A stretch of 63,354 bases of DNA, filler included, from Catajapyx aquilonaris (lineage: Eukaryota): assembly GCA_000934665.2 (NCBI GenBank). It is 2 parts of 2 records of this genome, joined end to end, with 100 filler letters (N's around TTAATTAATTAA, not from the genome) between each part and the next. Parts side by side here need not be neighbours in the genome. Positions count along the whole stretch, not along the records: positions 31,775 to 63,354 come from JYFJ02004511.1; 1 more part is not named here. One strand, written 5' to 3'. Position 1 is the first letter of the stretch. Every line of letters begins with the position of its first letter. Below are positions 46,901 to 61,752 of this stretch, one piece after another. Below the pieces are notes generated by a model. It was not told the DNA's origin. It did no database searches and saw only the letters and a program-made list of their open reading frames with translations. The translations under genes and the position numbers were made by a program.

Positions 46901-49900
46901 TTTAGTAAATACCCAGTTGGTGGTTATTGGAAGCGGCGAAGCGCAGCCGGCCTAAGTAACATTACACATTAGTTACAATATCTCCGCACGTAAATTCTAA
47001 CCAGCAGAGCAGAAATTGGGCATGACCTATCCATCATTTATATAGAAGTTTTTTTCGAGCAATTATTTAGCAGCTCCCGTGCAGACTTTGCGGTGCGAAA
47101 CAAAATTTTCAAAGCCCTTAAAAGTAACTTTCGGTATCAAACACTGCGAGGATGCATGAAATCACCCTTGAACTTTTTTTTGCTTTTCACTTTTTTTTTT
47201 TTTTTGAAACAAGTGTGCTGGAATCGTAAAAGTAAAACCATTACAAAATGGAGCTGGAAAAAGTTCAATACGAACCGGAACACTAGTTTCAACCGTGTTT
47301 ATTTGACATTGCCATTATTTGGCCTTCAGCATAAAAAAAAACTACAGGCAAACATGAAAGCGAATGTGGTTTTTTGACATCCTGTGCAAACACCGATTCG
47401 CTTTGTAACTAGGTCGTCTCATACAGTATTAGACCCGGATCTGGCGGGAAAACCTGCCTTTTGTTTGTTCCCCCCATCCTCCCCCCCAAAAAAGCCAATT
47501 TGTGCGGATTGTCCTCAAGAAGTATTGTCCTCCTTTTTTTACTTCTTTCCGCACGCACATCAAAGGGGCGTGGAAGTGATCGTACCAGATATATCCTAAA
47601 AAGGTCCAGGCAGACGCAGAGGCGTCGCAATCGATTCTTGGTGAGAGAGGCCCCAGCTTCTGCCCAGCTTCATCATGTCTGGTCTGCTGACATTGTTGCA
47701 GTGGTAGTGTCAGAGTGCTTCATCCGGGAGGCCTCTTCAGAAAACTTTTTGGAAGATGAAAGGAACGTTTCTCGCCAATTTGCTTTTTGTGTATGCTTTT
47801 GTCTTCTCATTCCCTTTCAACTGCAGCTGGCGGCCAAATTAAAACATTTGGAAGTTTTTTCGAGGAGTTGGAGTTGTAGACATTTTTTTAAAAATATTTC
47901 TGCAGCGCCTGTAAATTTGAATTAGTGAGCGGCTACAGTGGGGTTCTATAACTGCTTTATTTTATGAAAATGGCGTTGCAATAGATTACTTATCGCACTT
48001 GGAGGCATGTTGAATATTGCCACTTTCAAAATGGAAAATGTCCCCCCATAATAATTAAGTGTCCTAAGATAAGAACGAGTTTGGACTTGGAAATTATTTT
48101 TATCTCCATTCCTGAGGCTCAATTAGATCTTAACAAAAGCAGTGCGAAATTATGAGAACTCGGGGATCCGGGTCTATCTACTGACTATTCAGATTCATTA
48201 AATGCCGACTGGAAGGCAAGTCGTGCATGAGCTGCAATTGCGATCGGGGAGTAATTCTAGAAGTGGGGGGGGGGGGTATAAAATTAAAGTCGGGAGGAAA
48301 AGGTCGTTACTAGCGATAAAAATTCAGTTCAGGGTGTCTGCTTCCTCCACGCCATTATCACAGGCCGCCCCCGCCCCCCTCGAAAAAATTGATCCAGTTT
48401 CAAATACTGGAAGCTCGTGGACAGTAATGTAGCCCGAGAAAAAGATATGGAGGTGTAATTTTTGTACAAACTGCAGAGTTGCCTTTAACTGATGGCCTCA
48501 GGTCGAGTGAGCGTGGTCATGGCCTGTAGACCAATTTCCCACGAGTTCATTTAGGGTATTATCAGGGTCCAGACCTAAGAAGCCATATGGCCCCGACTCT
48601 TGATGGGGTAGCTCCATCTCAGGCTCGTTTCTCAGGCAAGGAAGATGGGCGTGTGTACGATCTCCTTTGGCCTCGACCCCATGGATCCGCCTTTGCTTTC
48701 CATCTTGTTTACTCGGCCCTTTAACACCGCTGTTCCGACCAAGGAAAAAAAATACACTGGGATGGTTACACACCTGCTGCTGGTTCAGCTGGGGAAGACT
48801 ATAATTGCGCCACAGGGTCCAGTGACGTAACACAATTTCTGGGAGAGGAAAAATTCGCAGGAAAATTGCGCGACCAAATACCATTTTCAATTAACAGCGT
48901 CTGGAAAAAGGGGCGCCATCTTCTAGAGAGGGATTATGCAAATGAATTTGCAATCCGATTTTGTTTCTGCGACTTTTTTTGGGATCAAAAATGGAGGTTC
49001 AGCTCTATGTATAGTTACATAGTGTAAAAAGACCTCACCTGCTGATTGGCCGACATCAAAGAAGCCACCTTGTTAAAGCCCCTTTCTCTTCCGGGCACAC
49101 TAATAGGCTCATATTGTTCATTATGACTTCAGCAACTTTCAGGAGAGACTGTACCATTATCGGCACATGGAAGTATTCCTCTCATCCATTCTGCAGATCA
49201 TTAATTCATGAACATCCTGTTCCGCATCTTTGAGCCAGAATCCCCCGATCCCTTGGACAAGCCTTGAATCTTAACAGAGAAGGCTGGGATTGGGGAAATC
49301 TCAGGGAAAAGGGATGGCTTTCAAGTTATCAGTGGCAGGCAGCTTCTGTTGCAGCCATGGATTCCGTCTGTCCAATCCGAAGAGGGATTGAGATGATCCT
49401 GAAAAGCAAACAAGGCCCGGAGAGCTATGCATGCATAAAGAATGCCATGGGATTGTGTGTCACAGGTGGATCGGAGAAGCCTCCTTTCAATCTTCTTTTG
49501 TCAGCACATTTCCCGAGTTTTTCTGGCCACGTCCAATTTGGGTCAGCTTTATATATGAATGGAATCATACCATCTAGTATCAATCATTGTAAGGTGGAGG
49601 ACCTTCCAAGAATTTTCTTGCAGTGGCCGATGGGTGATGGGAAGATCGATATCAAACCGCCAGATTAGGCCAAATAGGATTAGGTGAAAATCCCCGAGGG
49701 TTGGGGGGAGGAAATAACGTACCATCGAGACAGCAAGGGGGGAGAATTTTGAGCTTCCTAACCGAGCAACAAACGCAATCTTGCCATTCTCAGTGGAAAT
49801 GGTATCCACAATTCATGTTCAGGTTCCAACGATTATTTTGGTGCGACTTATTTTTGCACATTTGTGTGATTGACCAATCCTGTTTAAGATGTAGTCAGCA

Positions 49901-52900
49901 CATAGTCACCGTGTGGAGCCCAACACTTTTTTAAGCGAAATTGCTTGGAAATTCGGAGCGGTGTAGACCACGGGCGGTGGTTTACCCCTGGGTCTGACCA
50001 CTGACGGTCGTCCCTCCCTCTGGGCTTTCCAAACTTTGACCCGATTCCACAGCAAGTGCCTGCAAATGCGGTTAGTCGTGGCTGGGCGTGTCAACAGAAT
50101 CCTAACGCCTTTCCAGCATGGCCTCGCGACTATTTTGCGCCGGATTTTCAAGCCCCGAAGTTTTCATTATTAATCAGACATCGTTGCAAGACTCTTTGAA
50201 GCCCCTTAGGACTCCAAGCTCTAATTACTTCCAAGCAGATTTGTACTTGACGAATTTAATTAAGGGCCGTGCCTTTTTTTTAAAAAAAAATCATATAACC
50301 TCTCTAGATGCGGAGGATCAATCTTATCCAAGTCTTCAGATTAATTGCGAGCTCGTGTCGTTTACAGACCCTTCAATTTTTCTGAACTAAGAGCTCTCCA
50401 GCAGTTTTTTTTTTTTCGTAGAAATTATCCGATTTGTGCCGAGTGGTTGCAGTAAATTCTGCAGGTTCGGACCGGGGTACAATTGGCGGATCCATTGAAA
50501 AGTGAACAATGGGGGATGCTGGACGAATTGCGCCTTGTCATGTAATGTAAGATTGGTTGAACTGCCGTGTTACAAGAGTCGATCCCCCTCCACCCTGTTG
50601 GAATATACAGGCGCTTGCGCAGGGGTATAGCAATGGAGCTGTGCAGCTGCTTGGTAAGGTTTCATCTCGGGGAGGCAGAGCTGCTCCGATGGCGGCTTCA
50701 ACCCACGCTCCTCCAGCATACCCCTAAAATCCGTACCCAGTACCCTTAGCTTTTTACAGTGTCGGTCCAACCATCCTAATTACACCGGGAATCCCTCCGA
50801 AAGTGCTCGTTGATGTGTGTCTGATTCGGATTTCGCGGAGTGTGAAGCACGTGGCGCGGTGTGGACTGGTGAGCCTTACCCATGTGCTGCCACCAAAATC
50901 AGGATGTGTGACCTGGGGAGGTCAGAACGTGATCTGGTGTCCTAATGTTACTGCCAGACAACCAAATCATAATTAAATATTGCACTTTTGATGTCAAGTA
51001 CGCTACAAATTGTGTACATAGTCAAGTGGCAGTTTTTTTTTCTAGTTCCGAGTGGTGGTGGGGGGGTGGCATGATTAAATCCTCATTTGGATGGTACAAA
51101 AGGAGCGTCACACTTGTTCAAACCCTCTAGGGGGTTCCGAGGCAAATTTGATGGCACGAGCCCCGCAGAGATTGGCGAATCGCGAAGCGGAAATCAGCAC
51201 TTGCAATTACACACATCGCGCCAGAGTTTCCATTTCCGCGATTTGAATGAGGTGCGCCGCTTTGGAATTCATTTTCGCACATTTTTGGTGGCAGCATTAT
51301 TTTGTTGGGTATACGAATCCGCCATTTTTGTCGAATCATCCGGACAATATAGTGCAGCTTTGAGAAGAAAATAGTCGCGCGGCAGAAGACAGAAAGAAGA
51401 AAAAAAAGGAGGCGGATTTCCTGCCCACAAATCAGGCAACCAAGTGCTTTTGGAAGGCATGTGCTCAGGCCATTTTTTGTGGTGTCGGCGCCGGAAGAGT
51501 CGTTAGCAGGCCTCCAAAAAAGAACGGGGGTAAAACGCAGATTTTTTGAAGTGGCGCGCGAGTTCATGGTGTGATCGCATTATGTAAGTGCTTGGATGGT
51601 GGATCATCTTGGGAAAAAAAAATTAGAGATGATGCTCCCGAGGGATGCAGGCCCTCCCGACCAGGCCTGGTCCGATGTGTGCCTACCTCGGTTCCATATG
51701 AAACGGAAGAAGGATGGGTAACAAGAGCTCGTCGTCCTCGTCAGCATCCTCTCCCCGACTCTCTTTCTTTGGGAAGAAACATCAGAGCCACCATCAAGTC
51801 GTCTCATGCGTCAGGTACAAACCCTAGAGCTCTGTACTCGTCGATATTGAAATAATAATTGTAATTTAATACACAGTGACGTGAATCAAGGTTGCGTACT
51901 GTACAACTCAGTTTGCATAACTTAATAATGGGCTGTAGAGAATGTGCGAAACACAGTGTGGCGTGTGCAAATTGTAAGGACAGACAGTTTTTTGTGCGAG
52001 TTGTCGACAATTTTGCAGGCAGGAAAACGTTATTGACAGATGGAAAGGGATTTGAAGAAGGAATCGATGCATGTCATTGCTTGTTATTGGTAAGAGGGAA
52101 TGAGGAATGGAAGTGGGCAAGGGAAGCAAATTTTTCGCCAAATGTCTACAAAAATTACAACGACACTTGGTCTCCTATACCAGAGGTGACATTATGCGAA
52201 ATGATTTAACAAACATTTATTGTCGTATAATCGTTTAACACCAGACTATCGGACACTGCGCAGCTATTCACAGAGACAACCGGAAACTTGTGGGGTAATT
52301 ATTTAGCTTTTGTGGTTTAAGTTTAGTGTCTTGGAATAAACTTGGTCGAGTTGAGCGTATAGCCTGAAGGCACGGCAGCTTGTTCCTTCTCCTTCGAGAC
52401 ATTTCGGCACAACGGAGCTAAATGGGATCTAAGCTGTCGTGGCGTTTTCAATACAGTCATCTTCAGATGTAGCTTGATTTCTAGATACATAGATAAGGAG
52501 TTGAAGAGGAAAGTGAAGGCACTAACGCCAGACTGAGTTTGAAAATGGTTGGGGAGGATCGTATAGGAAAGGAGCGAGAGAGAAAAAAAAAAAACTTGTG
52601 ATCGATGTGTTTTCCCCCCGGCGCCTTTTCCTGCTCACTATCCTTTGAGAAGAGTTCGTTCAATACCCAGTGCAACTTCTCGCATTGCTGCACGTACATG
52701 GATCAAGATTCCAAAAGCGGAAATGAGGGAGGAACGTCCAATTCTCCACCAGGTTTTTGCATCTATCGCCAACTGATGCGGAAAATGAAGGCAACCTCCG
52801 GCCTGATCCTTATGGGCCCCATCAGCATTTCCATGTTTGTCAATAGAGTTTGCTACTTCAATCGATTCCGTTGTTTTTCTTAGGAAAAAAAAAGAATAAG

Positions 52901-55900
52901 GTGCGAACACCACCTGCTATGGTGGAAATGGGCGATTGGCGACAGGCGACACGCTTTTCTAGCATACTCTCCCTTGCTCTGAGCAAGGGGAGACTTTCAG
53001 AAAAAAACAAGATGGGGGAGCCACCCTCATCTGATGGAAGCTGTGAGTCATCTCCCTCACCCTCATGGCTTTTCCCCCCCCTTTCCCCCTTTCTCTATGC
53101 TGGCAATTATTTAGCTCTGGCTCGGCTTATGGCGCATTATGCCGCATTCCGCACATTTGCTCAAGACCAGCACCATTCCGAGCCTGCAAATAAACAGCTA
53201 GCCTCTCACGATGCTGGTGAGGAATATTCACTCACAGAAACATGACAATGCACTCCATATATGTATGTCACAGAATGACCCGATCAAGTGATGGATCGGG
53301 TCTGAAATGTAACTAGTGCGGACCATCCAATTTCAACCGACTTCATGGGCGAAAATAGCACTTCATGGATTTTGATCAATCGGATTAGCTTATGTGTTTT
53401 TGTGTCATTTTTTTTTTAAACGATGCCATGTAGTTTGCAGATTGAATGCGTACGTGAGAAATTGTTTTAATGCGCGCTAATTTCGTGGCCATTAGAGTGT
53501 GTGTATCGTGGGGACCAGTGCATTAGGGACGTGAGCTATTGGCTGCTTCCCATTTATAAACTGTTTATGGAAAAACATGACAGGCGCAAACACGTCGCGG
53601 ACCCCCTGCTGATCCATTGTAAATTATCGATGCCGAATTATCCCAATTTTGTCGGTGCAATCTCCAAAAGGGGGGGGGGGGCTAACATTTAAAGCGAGCT
53701 GTGCTGCTGCAAAAGCGNAACATTTAAAGCGAGCTGTGCTGCTGCAAAAGCGTCGAATTAACGGAACACGCTGATTCAAATGCTGCGGATTATTGCTATG
53801 GCAGTATTTTATCAGGAGTCTAGTAAATGACAAAATTCTGGATACGCCCTTGGTTTGAGATAATTTGGCGAAGTGCTGTTATTTTCTTTGGGGGGCTGAG
53901 GCGAAAATAATTGCAACCAAGTTTGTAGTGTGGTGGTCGGAAAAGTTGGGAGCGGAATTTCTTGGAGCGGATAGGAAAGAAGAAAAAAAAAAGAGTCTGA
54001 CAAGAGTTTGGGGAGTGGGAGTGGAAGCAAAGTCCTCTCTTCAGGACTGAAGCAACTTTTTCTGTCGGCCAAGAGAGGCTTTTGACGGGATGGAGATGCT
54101 TGCTTTGGTCCCTGGCCCATATTTTTGCCTACCAAATGGGCCTTAAGGGGTCCGATGCTATAGCAGGTGATGGAACTCTCGCGGAGTGAATACAGTGCTG
54201 TAGCAACATTGTGTTTTATAATATTTTTTTGGACGAATCCGACGAATCGGTACAGTGTGACTTGCTGGGATATTTTTTATGCACACATCAGATATTTCAG
54301 GAGCCAAACTCAATTACTTTTCAAACCAATTTTACTTGTCATGCACACTTAGCATCCGTCCAACGGTTACAGCCGGTATTTCTGGGATGAAGCTGTTAAT
54401 CCGACAGTTCTCGACACTTTGCAGCGTGTTTCGACCGCGTTTTCTTCCCCGTTGGGAAATGAAGCCGAGGTGGTTTCGGTCCCTTCCCCAACCACCCTCC
54501 AAAAACATCCCCCTACAGCCTGCAACCTCTTATTGATCTTTTTCCTTAATGATTCCATCAAGTGAGAACCCCTTGGCTGCTTTGCTGCATCAGGTACACT
54601 GTATCCTTGGGTGGCTTCTTGGCTCAACGACCCTTGAATTTCGCATCAGCCAGAAACCCTCACCTCAGCTCATCAGGAAGACGTTCAGACGGACATTTTC
54701 ATTTGTCCCTGAAGAACCGGAAAAGGAACGGCTCTATTACAACCGCTAACGGACCTGGTTTCTTTAGAGAAGCCAATGTTTTATGCGTAAGTTTGAGGGT
54801 TTCTCACCCATATAGGTCCCAAGCAGCCTATTAAATCCGACCTGGTTTGAAGCAAAGCCTTGCCTCGGGAGTTGGCTTCTCCAAAAAATGGCGTCACATT
54901 TTAAGGCGATGAAAGTGCTTCAGGCTAATGGTTCCTACTTGTCATTGGCAACACCCGTATGTGGTAAAGGAGTAGGGTGTTTCAAAAAAATGGAGTGGCC
55001 ATATGACCAGAAATGAACACAGTGGCTGGCCTCAGGATATAGAAAAAGGCAGAGTATTGGGAACCATCAAAAACTTTTCTGGGCAGGAAAAAGTAACCCA
55101 ATTATCTATCGCACTTGGGAGTAGCCACAAAAGTTTTCTTGGGCGTGAGCTGACTTTTCAAAGGCTGAGCTGCCATTGCCCTTTTATCATCATCTGCGCG
55201 CCATTTTTATTGCCTGGAACACCTTGGACTTATGCCGACAAAAAGGGGAAGGGGGGGGGGTGCAAAGTGGGGAACAATTCCTTCATTATTTGGGCCAGAT
55301 ACGTGTGTTGAGTTCGGGCGCTAACCAATTATGGCGGGCTGTTAATTAACTGGTGGAAGAACCTGTTAACGAATCTTTATACTCATGCGCGCTTGCCTGG
55401 AAATGCACTGTGCAAATATTGCATGGTTGAAATTCTGTGGAAAGTGGCGCATTTACCTTTAAAGCATTGAGTTATGTAATGTTCAATTATTTTAATTCGT
55501 GTACACAGTAGTTTTCATACACTCTTTGAAGTGGCGCAGAATTTTCTTCACTTTATGTAAAATTATTAGTAAAATTGGCGCAATTTCGTTTACACTTGTT
55601 ACCAATGAATGTACTGTGCCTGTTGATTTTAGTCCGCTATTGCACTGATCCGGCGCATTTCTTATGGTACTGGCTGGAGGCTAGTAGTTCAAAATTCCCT
55701 ATTGGGCTGTCCATCCAATGAAACTAGGACGGGTATACCCAACGGGCTCAAACTTGAACCCTTGAGTAACTTTGTCCATAAACAGCAAGAGAGCGATTCA
55801 ACAAAGGATTGCCCCAGTCTTACACCAATGCCCCTCAGGTCAAACATATGAGCACACTTGCTATCCAGAAATGTGTGTGTCAGATGAATATCATGGTAGG

Positions 55901-56360
55901 GTAAACCCAGAGTACTTGTATACAGTACATGCATGGTACGTCAAAGGGAATGAAAGTGGTAGTCAGGGAGAGGACTCCCGTGTGTCCACAGCCCAGAAGC
56001 AGTTCTGCTGCTGGTTAGTAAAAGGCTAGGCAAGTGGAAGAGGCGTGTCCGAGCTATCCTCCCCAACTTAGAAGGCAAGGTTGTCGAAAGTTGAGCAGGG
56101 CCAAAAGGGGATAGAGAGTAGGCTTGCTCGTGTCCGGCATGCAAATCAGGTTCAAAGAGCCGGCTTTATGGAGCCAGGGAGGAGAGAACAGCAATCCTGG
56201 CGCATGACATCCGAGGAAAACCCTTTTAGGCTTTGCAACACTTTGCAACTTGGATGCAGGCTTATGCAACTTGGCCTGCAGGTTGCGCAATTAGGTGGCT
56301 TTTGTGACTGGGTTTGGACCAAGTGTGGTTTAGGGTAGTTTATGTCACACCCTGTGTGTA

Positions 56361-56558
56361 CAGTGTTGGACATTAATTGCGTCATACTGCTTGCGACATT
56401 TGATGATGCGGCAGAAGTTCAAATCGAAGTGATAGAGTGTGAGCCGTGCGAGTAAGAAGAGGTAGGCCTTGAGTGACGTCACCCAAGGGCTACCATTTCT
56501 TACTCGCACGTCTGCCGCATCGCATCGCAAAATGTCGCTAGCAGTATGTCCAACACTG
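56361..56558. mobile_element. Tc1/mariner-type MITE, 198 bp
   Basis: TA|CAGTGTTGGACAT ... ATGTCCAACACTG|TA. Pairing extends inward about 35 bp more (CATACTGCTTGCGACATT..GATGCGGCAGA) once a 12-bp insertion in the left arm is allowed. Confidence 0.85.
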
Positions 56559-59500
56559 TAGTAGACTTTTTCGAGCACACTTGGCACCGATTCTTTCAGG
56601 GGAAAACCCAATTTGAGAAGCGTTATTCGGTGCAGCTGTCAGCATGATTGCTTCATGCCTTTCTTGGAATTGAACCTGCTCAAATGCCACCTGAGAGATT
56701 AAACTTGGGTATACATCCCATCTGCATGTCAAACTTTGGTTATTAGGGACTACGCACCCGAGCTGACAGACGTTTGTTTGGGGAAGGCTGATGAGGCGCA
56801 GCCGCAGGTTTAAAACCGGTTGAAAAAAGGTGAAAATGAAGCGTGAAAGTGAGCAATTGCCCAGGGCATCCTCACTAAAAACTCATTTTAGCCTCCATAT
56901 TCGTAATTGCGTCGTTCTCGAGTTAGCAGCGTGATGAAGCTGGATCTCTCGAGACGCGATTTAATCTGTCTACTTTTTTTTTATTCAACAAGTTGATCGT
57001 TTGTCAATTAGATTCATTAATCATTCGGATAGGATGTCATTTCAAACCTGGAGGGGTCTTTTTCTTGATGGGATTTTAGAGGAAAGTGGAGCTTTCCAAG
57101 ACATTGGAACTTGTTGATTCTGCTTATGCTGGTTTTGGCATCGGTGCTGAACTTGCCTATTTTAAAAATCGAATCCAGGCCCAAATGAGGTCACTGCTGG
57201 CCGATGACAGAGATGAACTGGCCCATCCCCATGTGAAATATTTCCTTCCGTCACTTTCAGCCGATGCAGATAGTGCAGGCAGATTTTATTGCTGCACCAC
57301 TTTTTTTTTCTCTATTACTACTTGGTGCGCTTCATGACGTAAGTACTCTGAAACCAACCTTATCCCCCAAAAAATCATGTTGATACATTGATCGTTTCAC
57401 CGAATGAATGCCCCAGGAGGGTTAAGTCCAAAGCCAATATTATGAAGAGCAAGAAGCGTGTAACTGGCAATAAGGCGCAAACGGATGGTCGGATTTTAAT
57501 CCAAAATGGAAGCAAGTGTGAAGAAGGACGACGACAGTTGGTTTGCCCAAAACCTCGGAGGAAGATTTATGTGGCCCACCCGCACCCATAATGGAATTTC
57601 CTCTGCTCTGGGTGGACTTAGGTCGAATCCAATTTGCGGGGCTGCACCAGCCGATGTTGTAAATTAACGCTTTTGCTCCAGGCTTCATCTGCGCTGACGT
57701 GGATTGAATTGGAGGCAACGGCCACTATATGTCGGGGGATCTTGCATCTTGACTATACAGATTCGAAATCCCCTAGACCGAAAAATTTGATGGTTAGTGT
57801 GAAAAAAAAACTGGGATTAATGGGAGGGACAGACACTTAGGGTTAAAACGAGCCTGGAAATCAATTGTGGGTTAACGTAGCTGGGGCTTGCGATTTACGT
57901 GCTGTGATGTCCGGGCAGCGTGCAGATTTCCCGAGGGTAAATCATTGGAGTGTACAAGGGGACTTGTGGACTAATAGGCGCTCTATGTACACACCCGCCA
58001 CTAATTGGGTTGTAGAAATGGATTCGTAATAATGCAATGTTGTCATTTAGTCATAAATGCAGTTTACTAAGCTGTCACATGATGATAATCAGATGATGTG
58101 GATGATGTGAAGAATGTGTAGCCTGCAGAAGTTTCCACATATTACAGTACCCGTTTGCTGAGTTTAGACCTGGTTTAGACCACATGCAAGGAAAGTTCTA
58201 TGTGCTTGTCTGTCCGGAGTTGGAGGACTGAGCTTTGAAGCTAGAAAAGCCGATTTGGGTATAAGTTACAGTATAGTGACAGGACTTGTTCGCTGTGCAG
58301 GGTCAAAATGTCAGGCAAAATGGCTCGAAAATTAGAAAAATTATAAATAACAATAGTTTGGTAGTTGACACTTGTTAGAGGATGATTAGCCATTTTTGTT
58401 ATGGTTTCATGGTGATTTTGTGTTGCGTCTGCCATTATTGCAAATTGCTGACATTTTGACGAAAAGGTCTCATTACGACACCGTTGAGGTAAATCCCAGT
58501 TAAACCCCATCAGTTTGGGACTGAAGCGTTAACCTGATACTGAGTGACTGATAATGCACGTTCGCATGACATTTTTTATTAACGATGGAGTGTTTGCGCC
58601 CACGCTTTGATGCTGCGCCCCACCGTAAAGGGTTATCTGAGCGTCTATCTATTAGCTGACCATAATCATTTACATCATGAACCTCAGATGTCCTGGAACC
58701 TAACGAGTTTTTTTTTCAGCGCATTGCGGGAGGACCATGCTTAACTGAGGTCAATGGAAAGGTCAAACAGACGGGTCAATAAACCAGCTCACTAATGTAC
58801 GGTTGAAAATTTCAACAAAAAAAAATATGTGGGACCTACCAACTATATTTTGTACCTGTTTGTTAGTAGGATCACCCATATTTTTGATGATCAATAATTT
58901 ATCAGCAAAAATATGGGCACAACAAGCAACACAAAAAGAACTACTATCAGGCGATATCAGTTATAAAAAATACCCACGAATTTGTTCACCCTGCGGTATA
59001 TTGATATATAGACATTAGTTGATATTTTGAAATCAATTGTGAATTGAGACATACCATTTATTTTTAAAATTATAAAGTTAAAATGTCAAATTAATGCCCA
59101 TTTTTATGTCGGTAGGTCGATTTTAATAAAAAAGTCGAACAGCCGTCCATGCAATATTTTCCGTATGCAGGTACGCATTCTCCAATAATTGCTCCCGTCA
59201 TGCACTGGGTTTTATTGCTCTCTCGCTGGAAATGCCTGACTTACACCCGTTTTATCGATTCGCAAGTTAAATACCGGCTTCTAGGTCAAGATGCCCATTA
59301 CAAGGCCCAGTAGACTCACAACCTTTAGTTACCTAAGCAAACTATACACCTTATACCCTAAATACCAGGCAAGATTCTAAGCAGAGGTCCAGATCGAGTT
59401 TCTAAATCCTACTCGTTAGTCGGTATAAGTAGTCCTGGAGGCAGAGGCCACGTCAACGGGCCAATTTACCTCAAGGAGCTGCACTTCCCCGCTCTATGCA

Positions 59501-61632
59501 CGTCTGTTTTCCGCTCTGCCAGCTACCAAAGAGCGCCAATTACCAGCTCGCTTTGCCTGTCTTCTAGGCGTTGCTCTTTAGGAAGGGATAGGGATGTATA
59601 TACGTATATATATGGAGTAAGAGATATCGTGTCGTTTCCGCGTGCGTCACACTCCGGACCGCCTATTGCGACCTATCCAGTTCTATTCGAGGGCATGCTG
59701 TGAATGAGAGCACGTCATGGTGAGAACTAAATAAGACTTGTCCTTTATCTTGAAGTTTAATAAAAGGGGGGTCTGGACGTGACTTGCACAATAAGTTCGT
59801 TAGATTCTGGGGGTTGGGATTGAACGCACTTTAATCAGAGTGTATTGATATGAGTCATTAGATGGGCTTGTTTTGGGAGGATATGCGTAATTAAGCTGTG
59901 TGGCAGGATTTGAAGCTGGGGTGTACTAGATGGCACTAAAATATTCACTGAAATGTAAAACTTTAAAAAATATATATATTCTGAGGCTTAACGAACTGAA
60001 AGTGCATGTCTCGTGAGAATCTGAGCCAAGCTAGCAGTCACAAAGCCTGAAGAGATGTCTCATTGCCAGCTCTTTCTAGAACCCAAATGAATATTTTAAA
60101 ACCTGCCCGTCCTTATATATACGTAAAAAAAAAGCTACAGTTCCCACTTGTGAAATCCTCTTGGATTCTGGTGGTCGTTTTTTCCTCAAGTTACACACAC
60201 TCTGTAACATGCAGTGTTCTGTTACATCACATGAAGTGTAACCTCACACGCGTAAGCCACACTTTTAGCAAGTTTCAGTTTGTTCAAGCAGCATTGCAAT
60301 TAGCCAACCAATCGTGCCCAAACGTTCAAATCTGACCACTCATTTTGGACAATCGTAGCCGCAACCTGGTGTACTTAACGACTTGTTCTGGTAAAAAAAA
60401 AGGGTCGGTCGTTTTCGACCTAGATTGGTTAGATCTGTAGAAAGGAAGCGCACGTGCCTGGAGGGGACACTTTGGGGCCATTGAAAACACGTGGGACCTA
60501 GGATGTTGAACGGAATTAGAAGAGTCGGCCCCTGTAGTTTGGTTGGAGGGTTGGACCGGAAGGAAGCCATCTGGATCGAGGTCTCATCTCTGTCGACAGA
60601 AGGAATGTAACCTAGTGTAGGTTGTGCCCCCGATACTTCATCGAGAAGGAGCGCGCTTTGAATACGCGCGAAATGTCGAAAACTCGCGTCGATTCTGGAA
60701 GCCATCCAGAAAAGGGAAATTTTCCCAAATTAACCTCCCGGAATTCCTGCGGCAAGGGAAAGATTGGAGCCATTAAAAGCCTGTTGAACGAACTGCTTCT
60801 GGCGAAAAAATTACGGAGTCAAACTCGTTTAGAAAGTATGCGGACATGACGCTCAATCACTATCCAAGATATGGAAGATATCATACATACATACATACAT
60901 TTCCTTCACGGCATATTCCCATCAAGATGGGGTTACCAGCGATGACCAGGTAGGAACAGTCCACCTGGCCATCTCGAACGACCTGTATAATGAATCCTCT
61001 GGTGACTGGTACCAGATGGATTGGATGGATAGATATCATCATTTATAATATTAAAATTCTTCGTTGTATGGTTATGCCGCATATTGTTGTTACCGCGACG
61101 CTCCCTATTGGCCCACGTCCTGCGCATGCGCAATGGGGCGGAGACAGCGCCTCTGGTGGGAGGGAGTGGGAACTGTCCATAGGGTCAACTACCTCTCCCA
61201 ACTCCCACACACAGTAGATAGAAACTGCTGACTTCTTTCCCAACATCTTGTACAAAACATGGAGCTATTTTATAATAGGCTGTTTGTTGGGTTCATAACA
61301 GCCTTTGTGAGGTCTATTTATACTGTATGCTAGGTTGGTACATTTAACCCAAGCGGTTAGCAAGTCAGGCGGATATGATGCTCCATCATTCTAAGGGATA
61401 GTATCGCTTTTGTTCACGCCATTATGTTGGATCGCTTCTTGCTCCTCTTTTGTGCCGAAAATGTGTGCTTAGAGAAGACGGATTGGTTCCTTTTGTGGTC
61501 CGTGCTGAGAAGAGCAATGGGCCCTGTTCTGTGAAGAGCAGGATTAGATTAGAGAAGTGAATAAAGGATGGTCTTTGCGGAATCTTTGTTCGTAGCAGGG
61601 TGGTTCACCTGTTCTTGTTTGTTTGCTTTCAG

Positions 61633-61752
61633 TCATGCCACCCAGACGTCGTCTTGGCTTCCTCCGGCCGAGAACTGGGATCCAGGAGATACCGGATTGC
61701 CCTACGGCTGGGAAGTGGCTGCAGACAAGGACGGAAAGCAGTACTTTATCAA
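61633..61752 (+). CDS. FRMPD4: WW-domain exon of a FERM and PDZ domain-containing protein 4 (Preso)-like gene; the gene continues beyond the window
   Basis: Acceptor gtttgctttcAG, donor GTAAGT, 120 nt, phase 2/2. Encodes HATQTSSWLPPAENWDPGDTGLPYGWEVAADKDGKQYFI(N). The WW fold is clear from LPxGWE...DG+xYFI. The upstream H-x-T-x-x-S-x-W-x-P-P stretch matches my recollection of the FRMPD4 N-terminus. Confidence 0.85.

Noticed and set aside
50700..50760. NPR-starting peptide as the missing last peroxidase exon
   Set aside because: It reads NPRSSSIPLK, lacks the conserved Cys/Trp, and has no suitable acceptor.
53684..53752. Exact 34-bp direct repeat separated by a single N (53718)
   Set aside because: Typical uncollapsed contig overlap; an assembly artefact rather than a real repeat.
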